The notes beneath the pieces were generated by a model. That model had not been told where the DNA came from, did no database searches, and worked only from the letters and a program-made list of their open reading frames with translations. Positions 28,873 to 38,672 of a DNA stretch of 64,000 bases are shown piece by piece. A program made the position numbers and the translations under genes. The stretch comes from an uncultured delta proteobacterium (GTDB lineage: Bacteria; Desulfobacterota; Desulfobacteria; Desulfobacterales; SG8-13): NCBI GenBank assembly GCA_963848135.1, contig CAWKCK010000007.1, positions 1-64,000 of the forward strand, read 5' to 3'. Numbering within the stretch: position 1 is the first letter of the stretch; each line of letters starts with the position of its first letter.

Positions 28873-30933
28873 CTAATTTTCGTCTTCCTGTGTGCAAAAA
28901 TACTCGATCGTCTTCTGCGCGCATGTCCGGCAATATCCGAGTTTATCGAGCATGGTGGTCACCATGCGGTCGTAGAGTTTCTGGTTTTCCTCGTTGGTCC
29001 GGTTGGCCAGAGCACCGATAAGGCTTCCGGCGCCGGCGATGTCGGATTTCAGCCGCACGTCGGTGACAGCCTTAACCAACTCCAGGTTATCCATGAAATC
29101 ATAATCCGGATCGACAGAAATTTTCTGCCCGTAGATCTTGCGAATCGATGTCCGAAATGATTCTCTTTGCTCTTCGGTCTTCAACCCGAGCCCGTCCTCC
29201 ACGCTGTTGATGAAGCGTTCGTCGATCTTAAGTGCCCTAAGCTCTCCGGTCTGCGGGTCTTTGTATTTCCACATTTTGTCAGCACCGAGATTCTCGGCGT
29301 CGATGCCGATAATCATATTGACATAGTTCATGACGTCTTTGCGGATGGCCAATGGCTCGTCCATGTAGGCGTTGAACATTTCGGTCATTATTCTTTCGCG
29401 GTAAAGTCCCTTGGCGATCTTGATGTCTTCGATATACTTGGCGCGGTCATTGGCATCGCTGACATAGTCAAGGACCACCCGCTCCATGGCTTTGAAGACG
29501 TCGTAGGCAAACGTACACTGACCTTCATTTGTTTCGGAGCTTTCCATCAATAGCTGGATGGACCGCCCCAGGTTGCGCTGGCCGAAACCTTTCTGCCCAA
29601 AGCGGTTGATGATTTCCGGGTCCTGGTTGAGCATGTCGATGACTTCCGCCAATGTTTTTATGCTCTTCTCACCAGCCACCTCACCTGCCGCCAGTTTCAT
29701 GGTTTCCACCGGCGTTAGTTTTTCGGAACGCGGTAAACGGGTCAGAACAGACGCCACCGAGGCGGCGTAGTTAAGATTCGGATCCTGGTGGAGATATTCA
29801 CGGTTGATTGTGGTACGGGTTTCGCTGCCGAGGGCATACTGGGTAAGTTCTTTCTGCAGCTTGTAGTTGGTGTTGTGGGAAACGTAGCAGATCCGGCAGC
29901 GGTCAACTATCGGTGCCTCCTCTTTTTCCGCCAGAAACCGATGGAACTCCGAGTTGTTACTGGTCGCGACGATCAGGGTGTCAATCGGCCATTTGTAACC
30001 GTCGATTTCGATCGAGCGGTTTTGGATAACCCCCAAGTATACCTGAACCAGATCTTTTTTGTTTTTGTAAATCTCATCGCAGAAATGGATGCCGCCACCG
30101 GCAACCCGGGCCAACGCACCCCGCCGCAGGTCAAACCGGTATGGGTTGTTGGTGTCGGATATGTGCAGCAACCGCTGGATCGACTCTTCACCCAGCAAAT
30201 CGACCGCGGATGAAGTGATTTTGTCTTTGGCCGGATATTTACCGGTAACCGTGCCAAGGCTTTCGGTCAGAGGAACAGGAATAATTTCGATAAAATCGAG
30301 CATCTGGTCGAGATCACCGTTAGTAAAATTGCGAATGTCGTTCCATATGTAACTGCTACAGGCGGCCAGCGGACGGTAGTTTTCAAAGAGCATATCGATT
30401 TCATTATCAGAAAATTGACATGACTTTGCCATGTATTCCTTGCTGGCAGCAGAATCATCATGAATATTCATCGCAAGGATCATCGGGTCTTCGTATGTCT
30501 GAGACTCGATCGTGGTAATCCGACCGTAATTGGTCAGTTTATCGACATTGCGAAACCGAAAGGTATACTTGCGGTTTTTCTCTTCAACCAGGAACTCACG
30601 GTATTTGGCGCACAGGAAATCGACGAAATACGTCTTTCCGTTTCCGGGCTCACCAACCAGGACAAAAGCCATCTCTTTGGAAGATCCGCCTTCTGAAGCA
30701 TCTTTGACGTATGAAACGAAACTGTTGATTTCGTCGTACATGCCGATCACATGTTTCTTCCCATTGCGGAAGATACTGAAATCATATGTTGTTTTACCGT
30801 TGACAACGACTTTTTGGATGTCGCTCTCCAGTATCATTCGCGCCACGCTTTGAAACGCGTTCTCAAAACCGCGTCGCCCTTCCTTGACCTCAACGAGATG
30901 ATGATGAAGCGACCTGTCTGCGGTATTTGCCAT
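28873..30933 (-). CDS. prkA: PrkA/YeaG family AAA protein / serine kinase
   Basis: RBS GGAGG. Walker A GEPGNGKT, Walker B IHFCDE, ATSNNSEF and VDRC. Confidence 0.92.
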   Translation of the reverse strand: MANTADRSLHHHLVEVKEGRRGFENAFQSVARMILESDIQKVVVNGKTTYDFSIFRNGKKHVIGMYDEINSFVSYVKDASEGGSSKEMAFVLVGEPGNGKTYFVDFLCAKYREFLVEEKNRKYTFRFRNVDKLTNYGRITTIESQTYEDPMILAMNIHDDSAASKEYMAKSCQFSDNEIDMLFENYRPLAACSSYIWNDIRNFTNGDLDQMLDFIEIIPVPLTESLGTVTGKYPAKDKITSSAVDLLGEESIQRLLHISDTNNPYRFDLRRGALARVAGGGIHFCDEIYKNKKDLVQVYLGVIQNRSIEIDGYKWPIDTLIVATSNNSEFHRFLAEKEEAPIVDRCRICYVSHNTNYKLQKELTQYALGSETRTTINREYLHQDPNLNYAASVASVLTRLPRSEKLTPVETMKLAAGEVAGEKSIKTLAEVIDMLNQDPEIINRFGQKGFGQRNLGRSIQLLMESSETNEGQCTFAYDVFKAMERVVLDYVSDANDRAKYIEDIKIAKGLYRERIMTEMFNAYMDEPLAIRKDVMNYVNMIIGIDAENLGADKMWKYKDPQTGELRALKIDERFINSVEDGLGLKTEEQRESFRTSIRKIYGQKISVDPDYDFMDNLELVKAVTDVRLKSDIAGAGSLIGALANRTNEENQKLYDRMVTTMLDKLGYCRTCAQKTIEYFCTQEDEN

Positions 30934-31423
30934 GGGACCTCCCACTGTTTAAGTCATTGACGGTTTTAGATAAAGACTCATTTTGAAATGATACGAAGCG
31001 GTGATCGGGTGATCCGAACGATTTGCCAATTCCAGTACACCACATCTTATTCGACGGAATCCGGCGCATTTCATTACCATTAGATCCAAACACCCCTCCG
31101 TCTATACGTACCTGCCGGAAGTCTCGCAAAACCGCCTTGATTTCTCCGGTCATTGGTGGCCCTCGGTTCGGAAAATCACGTACACGGGGCCCATAGGAAC
31201 AGGCTGGACATGGATATTAAAGGGTCCGGATCGACCTTCACCCTTTCATCGGCATCGTGAATCGGACTAACAGGCGGTCGCGCGGGTCGGGTAGAATGAG
31301 ACGAGAGACAGTACGAAAATAATCACAAAAAACTGGCGAATCAACTGTGGGCCCGGAGTCGGTCAGGAACCACCCCTTGCGGTACACGCCGATAATTTAT
31401 TGTAATTTAAGTCTATTATACTA

Positions 31424-34012
31424 TTAGTTGCGCGGATGATCAAGGGAATCCCGATCATTTGATAAGATTTTTCCTGCGGGCAAGACAGCCGCGGCGGAAC
31501 GGACCAGAAGAAGGGTATTGGTTGTTACCGTCAGGCTACTGAGAAGCATGGCGCAAACAGCCACCAGTGGATTCAACAGTCCGCTCATGGCCAACGGGAT
31601 GCTGATAAAGTTGTATGTAAAGGAAAACCAGAGGTTTTGGAGAACCTTGCGGTTGGTCATTTCGGCCAGGCGGAGGAAGTCCAGGATCTGTCGCGGTTCA
31701 CCGCGCATCAAGGTGATGTCAGCCAGTTCCCGCCCCAGATGGCTGCCGGAATGGATGGCGACGGCCAGATCAGCGGTGGCCATCGCCGGTGCATCGTTAA
31801 CCCCATCGCCCACCATCGCCACTTTGCGGCCCGCTTTGCGCTGTTTGGCAAGAAAGACCGCTTTTTCCTCGGGCAGAAGGGCCCCTACCGCGGTTGTAAT
31901 TCCTATCGATTCTGAAAACCGGCGGGTGGCATCGCGATCATCCCCGGATACCACGGCCAGAGAATACCCCCTCGCCTTTAACCGTTCGACGGTCTCTCGG
32001 GCACCCTTGCGGATGTCATCCCCAAAAACCAGCAGTGCGCACAAACGGCCGTCAAAGCTCATGTAAACCGGTGATGGAATCGCATCAGAGCTTAGGCCGT
32101 TCATCGAGGGCCGCCGGGTAGCGGCTGCTATTTCCACCGCGAGAAACCCCTCTGATCCGATTTTGACTTCCTTGTCTTCGATGCGCCCCCAGACACCGTT
32201 TTGCGCATAACTGACATCGGTAATCACCGCCGGTTCGATTGCGCGTGCTTGGGCCCTGCGTTTGAGTTCCAGGGCCAAGTGGTGATCCGATTCCTTTTCG
32301 AGGGCCGCAGCCAGGGCCATGATCCGGTCAGGCGGCAGGTCGCCCAAGGGCACGATATCCAGCAACCGCCATCGGCCTTCTGTCAGGGTTCCGGTTTTGT
32401 CAAAAATAAAGGTATCGACTTGCCGGGTCTGTTCAAAGGCCGCATAATCCCGCACAAGGATTCCCTGCCGACCCGAGAGGGAGATACCGGCCACACGGGC
32501 CAAGGGGATGGCCAACCCCAAGGCACACGGACAGGAAATGACCAGTACCGTAACAGCCCGAACCAGCGCCTCCCCGGGACCCAACCCCCTGAGGATGCCG
32601 TAGGCTGCAGTGCCCGCAGCAAGCAAAACGATGAAAGGAACAAATCCGTTCAACAGGCGATCTGTTTTGCCTTCGAGAGCCGTCTTTTGCCCGAGGGTTC
32701 TTTCGATGATGCGCATCATTTGCCCCAAGGTAGACTCTTCCCCCACGGCAAGCGCCTTGACTTTGAAACTGCCACGGTTGACTTTGGTTCCGCTGCGAAT
32801 GAAGCTTCCCGAGCGCATCGATACCGGGCGGGCCTCGCCGGTCAAAGAGGACTCATCGACCAGCCCGTCCCCGTCTATCACCCGCCCGTCAGCCGGTGCG
32901 ATTTCTCCGTCATCGAGCAGGAACAGGTCGTTTTTTCGCAAATACTCCGCCGCTACATACCGTCCCTCCGGGTACTCTTGACTGCAAATCTTTACCTTGG
33001 TGGGTTTCAGTGAAAAAAAGGCATCAAGATCCTCGAGGACCTTTTCTTTGGCATTTCGCTCCAGCAACTTCCCCAGCAGCACCAGGGTGACCAACATGGC
33101 GGCCGTGTCAAAGTAAAGATGGATATCGCCACGGGCCAGGTTGAAAACGCTGAAGAGGTAGGCACTGGAGGCCCCGATGGCGATTAGGGTTTCCATGCTG
33201 AAAGCGGCATTTGAAAAGCCGGCCAAGGCTTTTAAGAAGATAAACTTTCCGCCGTAAACCATTACGACCGTCGCCATTATAAAAATCGGCCAGGACAGTT
33301 TGGCCACCGCATCCGGCGTCAACGAACTGAAGAATCCCGAATAGAGGGCAAAAGAAATCATCATCACGTTCATTGTCAGAAAGGCGGATACAGCAAAACG
33401 GATGGTCTCCCTGCGCTGGTCACGGGCGCGTCCGCCTTTACCAGGCGCGGCCGCATGATAGCCGAGACGTTCGATGCGTGCGATAATCCGATCCGGTGAG
33501 GTCATAACCGGATCGTAGGCGCAACGCAGACGATCGGTTGAAAAATTGCAGCCGGTCCTCAGGACGCCGGGGAGCCTCTTGAGGGAAGCATCGATCAACC
33601 AGGCACACGCCGGACACCACATTCCGTCGATCCTGAGCCGAAGGGTAAGAATATTGGATTCGGCAGAGGTTTCAAAAAGTCGCGCGCCGTCATCTTCACT
33701 GTCGTCTTCCGCGGCAGTGACCGGCAAGTCTGGCGAGGGATCATCCGGCCGGAGATCGGTTTCCAACGCCGGAATGATACCCAGTTCCTGGCACTGTTTG
33801 AAAAGATCTGTGTCCCGAAATTGTGCCGGATCATCGCGTCCGCTGGCGGCGGAAAGCATGCTGAACACCTGCTGACACCCCAAACAGCAAAATCTGTATT
33901 CTTGCCCGGCAGAAAGCAGGGCATGTTGGCCGTATCGCAGTGTCAAACCGCACAGGTCACAATTGTCGGTTTCTGGTTTCATCGAGCGATAGTCCCTACC
34001 CGTTTGATCCAT
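31424..34012 (-). CDS. ccoI: P1B-type heavy-metal ATPase, CcoI/FixI type
   Basis: CDLC..FCCLGC, GMWCPAC, TGEA, CPCALGLA, DKTGT, GDGVND, YN and M..SS. Confidence 0.92.
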   Translation of the reverse strand: MDQTGRDYRSMKPETDNCDLCGLTLRYGQHALLSAGQEYRFCCLGCQQVFSMLSAASGRDDPAQFRDTDLFKQCQELGIIPALETDLRPDDPSPDLPVTAAEDDSEDDGARLFETSAESNILTLRLRIDGMWCPACAWLIDASLKRLPGVLRTGCNFSTDRLRCAYDPVMTSPDRIIARIERLGYHAAAPGKGGRARDQRRETIRFAVSAFLTMNVMMISFALYSGFFSSLTPDAVAKLSWPIFIMATVVMVYGGKFIFLKALAGFSNAAFSMETLIAIGASSAYLFSVFNLARGDIHLYFDTAAMLVTLVLLGKLLERNAKEKVLEDLDAFFSLKPTKVKICSQEYPEGRYVAAEYLRKNDLFLLDDGEIAPADGRVIDGDGLVDESSLTGEARPVSMRSGSFIRSGTKVNRGSFKVKALAVGEESTLGQMMRIIERTLGQKTALEGKTDRLLNGFVPFIVLLAAGTAAYGILRGLGPGEALVRAVTVLVISCPCALGLAIPLARVAGISLSGRQGILVRDYAAFEQTRQVDTFIFDKTGTLTEGRWRLLDIVPLGDLPPDRIMALAAALEKESDHHLALELKRRAQARAIEPAVITDVSYAQNGVWGRIEDKEVKIGSEGFLAVEIAAATRRPSMNGLSSDAIPSPVYMSFDGRLCALLVFGDDIRKGARETVERLKARGYSLAVVSGDDRDATRRFSESIGITTAVGALLPEEKAVFLAKQRKAGRKVAMVGDGVNDAPAMATADLAVAIHSGSHLGRELADITLMRGEPRQILDFLRLAEMTNRKVLQNLWFSFTYNFISIPLAMSGLLNPLVAVCAMLLSSLTVTTNTLLLVRSAAAVLPAGKILSNDRDSLDHPRN

Positions 34013-34050
34013 GAAAGTAAATTTTTATAAAATTTGATCCCGGCAAAAAT

Positions 34051-34082
34051 AAAAAAAGTTCCGCCAGGACGGAACTTTTTTT
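34051..34082. terminator. intrinsic terminator after actE
   Basis: AAAAAAAGTTCCG-CCAGGA-CGGAACTTTTTTT. Confidence 0.8.
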
Positions 34083-34121
34083 CCACTGCCTGAACCGGTT
34101 CGACCGGGAACCGGCGTTATT

Positions 34122-34637
34122 CTACCGTGGACCGAGGGATTTGACGAATGCAATTATCTTCCAGCGATCGTCGATGAAAATCGTCGTTGCCAGCGCCGGT
34201 TGCCTCCCCTTGCCGCCAATACCGTAGCTGATATGTTGAAACAGTGCGCCGTCAGTCTGAGACTGAACCCTCGGGCTCCGCAGGTCGGTGGGCAGCGGTG
34301 CAAAGCTTTGTCCCACGGTTCCGATGCCGTCGTGGTTGATCCCGTGGCACTGCTGACAGAAAGTAAAATAGAGCTGGGAACCTTCTTTCACCACCTTGGA
34401 ATCTCCCGAGGGCAGCGGCGAAGTCAACGCCTCGGGGTTGGCGGCGCGGTATAGGGCCTCCCCACCGTGGACCGGCACCAATCCGGCTTCCATTATCGGC
34501 AGGGGTTTTTCGTAAGGTCGGACTGCCGGTGTCTCCCGCATCCTGCCGTAAGGAAAGTTGTTATCGTAGTACATCAATACGTTGTAAACCACGGTACCTA
34601 AGCCAGCAATTATGATCAATAGTAACAGTTTCTTCAT
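34122..34637 (-). CDS. actE: monoheme cytochrome c, ActE-like
   Basis: N-terminal TM, CQQCH, DGALFQHISYG and DRWKI, within the act cluster. Confidence 0.75.
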   Translation of the reverse strand: MKKLLLLIIIAGLGTVVYNVLMYYDNNFPYGRMRETPAVRPYEKPLPIMEAGLVPVHGGEALYRAANPEALTSPLPSGDSKVVKEGSQLYFTFCQQCHGINHDGIGTVGQSFAPLPTDLRSPRVQSQTDGALFQHISYGIGGKGRQPALATTIFIDDRWKIIAFVKSLGPR

Positions 34638-34936
34638 TCATTCTCACCCGTCAGGTTCTGTTTCGGTGGCGGAAACAGGCTTTGGTTGAATTTATTACCT
34701 GGTCGCGGGTACTCGCTCGCATCCCCTCGCACATGTTGCGGAAAAGGGAAAACTTCGTAGATCGCATACGGGGACTCCCCGGGAACGTCTTTCAGCGGTC
34801 GGTAATCCCAATCGGGCATGCCGCGATCCCCGACAATAAAATAGGCCAATCCGCCCTTGAAAGAGACAATCAGAAGTAACAAGAAAATGATCACCCAGGT
34901 CAACAACGTCGATTCTCGGTGCGCCATATTTTCCAT
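34634..34936 (-). CDS. small single-TM hypothetical protein
   Basis: TM helix then GDRGMPDWDYRP. Overlaps both neighbours. Confidence 0.75.
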   Translation of the reverse strand: MENMAHRESTLLTWVIIFLLLLIVSFKGGLAYFIVGDRGMPDWDYRPLKDVPGESPYAIYEVFPFPQHVRGDASEYPRPGNKFNQSLFPPPKQNLTGENE

Positions 34937-35211
34937 TATATTATAATCCCCGAAAGACCGATGAACAAAATATAGCCCAGCACCCAGATGACGGTACCGG
35001 CGATAATCATGAAAAGAACCAGTGGAAACGGTGCATTTCTGCCTTCTATGCCGCCCGGAAATTTTTCAATAATGGTAGTGAGCTTGTTTTCTGAGTTTTT
35101 ACGGCGAAAATATGCAAACGACAACCCGGCGGCAAAGACAAAAATAAACGCCAGCGAAGGGAAAAAGTACAAAACAAAATCTTCGATTCCAACCATTTCA
35201 AATAAGCGCAT
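34936..35211 (-). CDS. small two-TM hypothetical protein
   Basis: RBS GAGGA. Two TM helices around FPGGIEGRNAPFP. Confidence 0.75.
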   Translation of the reverse strand: MRLFEMVGIEDFVLYFFPSLAFIFVFAAGLSFAYFRRKNSENKLTTIIEKFPGGIEGRNAPFPLVLFMIIAGTVIWVLGYILFIGLSGIII

Positions 35212-35291
35212 GGTTATCCTCTATCTTCGATCCATTTAAGACAATGACCTCAACCGGTTTCATTCAACATATTCGCCATAAAGGTCATGAT

Positions 35292-35552
35292 TCAGTTGGC
35301 TGGCCAAACCGTATAGGCAATTGCAGCTGCAGTTGTGATCAAACCGGAACATGCCATCACAAACAAGATGATTATTTTGATCCGATAGTAGCGTGGGGCT
35401 TTCACCGGTGCCGTGTCTGCGACCCCTTCCAACGGTAAATAGCGTGCGCGTTGTTGATCCCTGAACTGTCCCGCGTTCAGGGCCCAAAGGAACGTGACGA
35501 GGCTGATCACGAACCCGGCTGACATGTAGACGATCAAATAAGGAAAATACAT
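35292..35552 (-). CDS. ccoS: cbb3 oxidase maturation protein CcoS
   Basis: FLWALNAGQFRDQQRARYL, with an extra C-terminal TM. Confidence 0.85.
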   Translation of the reverse strand: MYFPYLIVYMSAGFVISLVTFLWALNAGQFRDQQRARYLPLEGVADTAPVKAPRYYRIKIIILFVMACSGLITTAAAIAYTVWPAN

Positions 35553-35553
35553 G

Positions 35554-35595
35554 GTTTCGTGTTTCGTGTTTGGTGTTTCGTGTTTGGTGTTTGGT
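35554..35595. repeat. 6 x 7-bp tandem repeat GTTT(C/G)GT
   Basis: Counted directly, abuts the ccoS start codon. Confidence 0.9.
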
Positions 35596-35661
35596 GCTTC
35601 CTGGGCCGCGGTGCTTAGCGGATGACGGGAACTGCCTATCAGATCCCGATCGGTCCCGTCA

Positions 35662-36594
35662 TCACGGTTCCCATGAGGCATCGATACCCCGTGGATCCTT
35701 GTTGGCGTCACTCTGGTTTATAAAATAGACCGCAACGTAATCGCCCACTTCCCATATTTTTTGAGATTCGAGTTCGCGCTTGAAATAGGGCATGGCTGTC
35801 CCGGTAATCCCGTTCATAACCTGGTAGTAAATTATGCCACCCGATATTTCCCTGCCTTTGAGGATCGTAAAATTTAAGGGTGGCGGGTAAATCCAGGGTT
35901 GCGCCGGTCCCATACCGTCGCCAATGGGTCCATGGCAGCCGATGCAATGTTCCTGATAGATCTTATGCCCTCGTTGAAGTCCCGCCGGGGTCGTCGGGTA
36001 GGGGTTGGGAATCTCTCGCCAACCCTTGGGCACGTGTTCCGCCAGCCATTTGACATTCACATCCGGGCCGGCTTCGTAAGCTTCAGAGGCCAATTCCTTC
36101 CAGTAGCGTTGCCGCTCCATGCGATGATCGGCATCTTTGAAACCCAATCCCTGGACGTACTGGGTGAGTGTGACGATTTCAGCCATTCCCAACCACTCGA
36201 AGGGCGGCATGATCGAGCTCGGCCGGGTGTAGCGCGGATTGACAAAGTGCGCGAAATGCCAATCATCCGGATGTTCACCCCCCTCTTGGGAGAGATCCAC
36301 ACCGGTCCGTTGAGAGCCGAGCAAAATCGGCTCATCGCTCACATAATCGCCGGCCTGGGCGATTCGATTCGCCCCATGCCCCCAGTCGAAAGCCCTGATC
36401 GATTGGCTGTGGCAATACACACACCCATTTCGGGTATAAATGATACGGCCGGCTTGTTCAACCTGCGTTCGGTCGCGCCATATTTCAGAGGGCGTCATGT
36501 CTCTTTGAGCATAGGGTAGATAAACCATTAAGAGTATAATTAAAGCAAGGATAGACAGAGCACCGCCTATAATTGCGGAAGGCGACATTCTCAT
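35662..36594 (-). CDS. ccoO: cbb3 oxidase subunit II fused to a second cytochrome c domain
   Basis: GCVYCHSQSIR, GSQRTGVDL and SIMP. Second heme CIGCH...TAMP. Confidence 0.92.
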   Translation of the reverse strand: MRMSPSAIIGGALSILALIILLMVYLPYAQRDMTPSEIWRDRTQVEQAGRIIYTRNGCVYCHSQSIRAFDWGHGANRIAQAGDYVSDEPILLGSQRTGVDLSQEGGEHPDDWHFAHFVNPRYTRPSSIMPPFEWLGMAEIVTLTQYVQGLGFKDADHRMERQRYWKELASEAYEAGPDVNVKWLAEHVPKGWREIPNPYPTTPAGLQRGHKIYQEHCIGCHGPIGDGMGPAQPWIYPPPLNFTILKGREISGGIIYYQVMNGITGTAMPYFKRELESQKIWEVGDYVAVYFINQSDANKDPRGIDASWEP

Positions 36595-37964
36595 GCTGTT
36601 TCTCCCGGAGTGTAGAAAATCGAACGTAAGATATTATACAGGCCGACGTAAGCGCCGACTGCGATCGTCGATCCAAGCATTACCCGCACGATGTAATAAG
36701 GATGAATCTGCGGCAACACGCGATAGACAGTTTCACCATTGATCCAGGCCTGACCCTGAATAAGGCCCGCGATGGTGAGCACAATGGCGAAACCAGTAAT
36801 GCCGATCAACACCAGCCAGTACTGAAGGTCAGCCAGGAATCTGCTGTAAATCGGTTTACCGGTAATTCTCGGAAGGAGAAAATAGATGCCGCCCAGGGCG
36901 GTGATACCGGCAAAACCGAGAACCCCGATATGGGCGTGTGCCACCACCCAATTGTTGAAATGGGTCACCCGTTGAACAATGGGCAACGCCATCATGGAGC
37001 CCTGGATATTGACGAAAAAATAATAAACTAAACCGGCAAAGACAAATTTTGCGCCAATGTCGCTATGAATGGCCCCAAGTTTGCCCTTCATTGTAAACCA
37101 GAGGTTAATGAGTACAACCATAACCGGAATCACCATAGCCACACTGTCGACAATGGCGATAACTTTCAAATAGGTAGGCACCGGAACCTGAAGCAGGTGG
37201 TGGGTCCCGATATGGGTATAAACGATGATGAGCGACCAGAAACCGATCAGGGACAGGGTGTGGCTGTAAAGGGGGCTACGTGTCGCAATCGGCAAAACAT
37301 AGTAGGCAACGCCGAGTCCCATGGGCGTCAACAACAAGCCAAAAACGTTGTGACCATAAAACCAGAGCAAGATGGCATCCGGGATGCCGAGCAGTGCGCC
37401 GGTATCGGGTTTCCAGATCACATTGCCGATGCAATAAGTGGTTGCGGTGAGAACCATGGCTGCGGTTACGTACCATACGGAAACATAAAGAATCGGTTCT
37501 TTGCGTTGAGCGATGGTCAAAACAACATTGATAATCACCAACAGGAAGAGCACCACGACCATGATGTCCACCGACCACGGAAGTTCGGCGTATTCCCGCC
37601 CCTGGGAGTGACCGGCGGCGATGCCTATAATCGCGAAAATCAGGGTGATATTCCATAGAACGGCCGTAAAAACACCCAGTTTTTCACTGAAAAGTTCTGT
37701 CCGCAGCAGTTTTGGTACGAAATAAAACGCGCTGGCCAACAACCCTGGCGTTACAAATCCGAAGAGAACCAGATTCACATGAATGGGACGCGCTTTGCCG
37801 AAATGAAGCCAGCCGATATTGGCCATAAAATCCGGTGCGATCAGGTACCCCGCACCGATCATTCCAAAACTGACGGCACCGGCAAACCAAAAGGCTGATG
37901 TGAGACAGAATGCAATCGCTGTCGGGTAAGTTGTCGCCGCGCTTTCATCGGCAGTAATAGCCAT
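36591..37964 (-). CDS. ccoN: cbb3-type cytochrome c oxidase subunit I
   Basis: RPIHVN, GREYAE, WFYGHN, YTHIGTHHL, QGSMMA and NWVVAHAH: all six His ligands plus a helix VII Tyr. Confidence 0.95.
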   Translation of the reverse strand: MAITADESAATTYPTAIAFCLTSAFWFAGAVSFGMIGAGYLIAPDFMANIGWLHFGKARPIHVNLVLFGFVTPGLLASAFYFVPKLLRTELFSEKLGVFTAVLWNITLIFAIIGIAAGHSQGREYAELPWSVDIMVVVLFLLVIINVVLTIAQRKEPILYVSVWYVTAAMVLTATTYCIGNVIWKPDTGALLGIPDAILLWFYGHNVFGLLLTPMGLGVAYYVLPIATRSPLYSHTLSLIGFWSLIIVYTHIGTHHLLQVPVPTYLKVIAIVDSVAMVIPVMVVLINLWFTMKGKLGAIHSDIGAKFVFAGLVYYFFVNIQGSMMALPIVQRVTHFNNWVVAHAHIGVLGFAGITALGGIYFLLPRITGKPIYSRFLADLQYWLVLIGITGFAIVLTIAGLIQGQAWINGETVYRVLPQIHPYYIVRVMLGSTIAVGAYVGLYNILRSIFYTPGETA

Positions 37965-38075
37965 TGAATCCGGATTCCTTTCAAATCAATTCGATGTTGT
38001 CATCAACCGAACACATCCTAACGATTCTTGTTTGTATCCAAATGCGCCCCGACATCCGTTTACCATCCGCGCCTT

Positions 38076-38672
38076 TTAGCTGTGGCAGGCCAGCCAACAG
38101 CCGAGGTTGACTTTTTTCTCCCGGTGGCATTTGATACAGAACTCCATATAGAAGTACTTACCTCTAATGCGGTCCATGGTCTCAATTTCTCCGTGACATT
38201 CTTTGCAGGCGATCTCTTTTCTGATATGGCGCTGGTGGTTGAATAATACATGCTCGGCCAGGTAATTGGCCTTTTTCCACGGGGTGGGTGTCCGGGTATT
38301 GTAATAGCGATGTTCTTTTAAAATCTGCGGATGATTGGCAATGATGTGGTTGTGACAGTAAAGGCATTTCTCCACCGGCGGCAACCCCGGGTTGATGGAT
38401 CGCCCCACGTAGGGGTGGCAGAACTGGCACTGGATCTCTTTTACTCCGGCATGTACCCTGTGGCTGAAGGGTATCGGCTGTTCCACGCCGATCTTCTTCC
38501 CGGGTGTGAAATAAAAAAAATAAATGAACCCGATCACCATCGCCAGCGCAGAAACAAGCAATAGAATCGGCACCTTGTTTCTTACAAGGGCGTTCCCGTA
38601 TTTTATTCCCAAAACGATTACGGCAATCAGAAGGGTCGTTAGCGCGATTGCGGTAAGGATAACTTCCATCAA
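38076..38672 (-). CDS. actA: pentaheme cytochrome c, ActA/QrcA-like
   Basis: EQPIPFSHRVH. Hemes CQFCH, CLYCH, CKECH, CIKCH and CWLACH. Confidence 0.88.
   Translation of the reverse strand: MMEVILTAIALTTLLIAVIVLGIKYGNALVRNKVPILLLVSALAMVIGFIYFFYFTPGKKIGVEQPIPFSHRVHAGVKEIQCQFCHPYVGRSINPGLPPVEKCLYCHNHIIANHPQILKEHRYYNTRTPTPWKKANYLAEHVLFNHQRHIRKEIACKECHGEIETMDRIRGKYFYMEFCIKCHREKKVNLGCWLACHS

Noticed and set aside
34033..34046. FNR-like box TTGAT-N4-GCAAA upstream of ccoI
   Set aside because: Only one half-site matches and it lies very close to the start.
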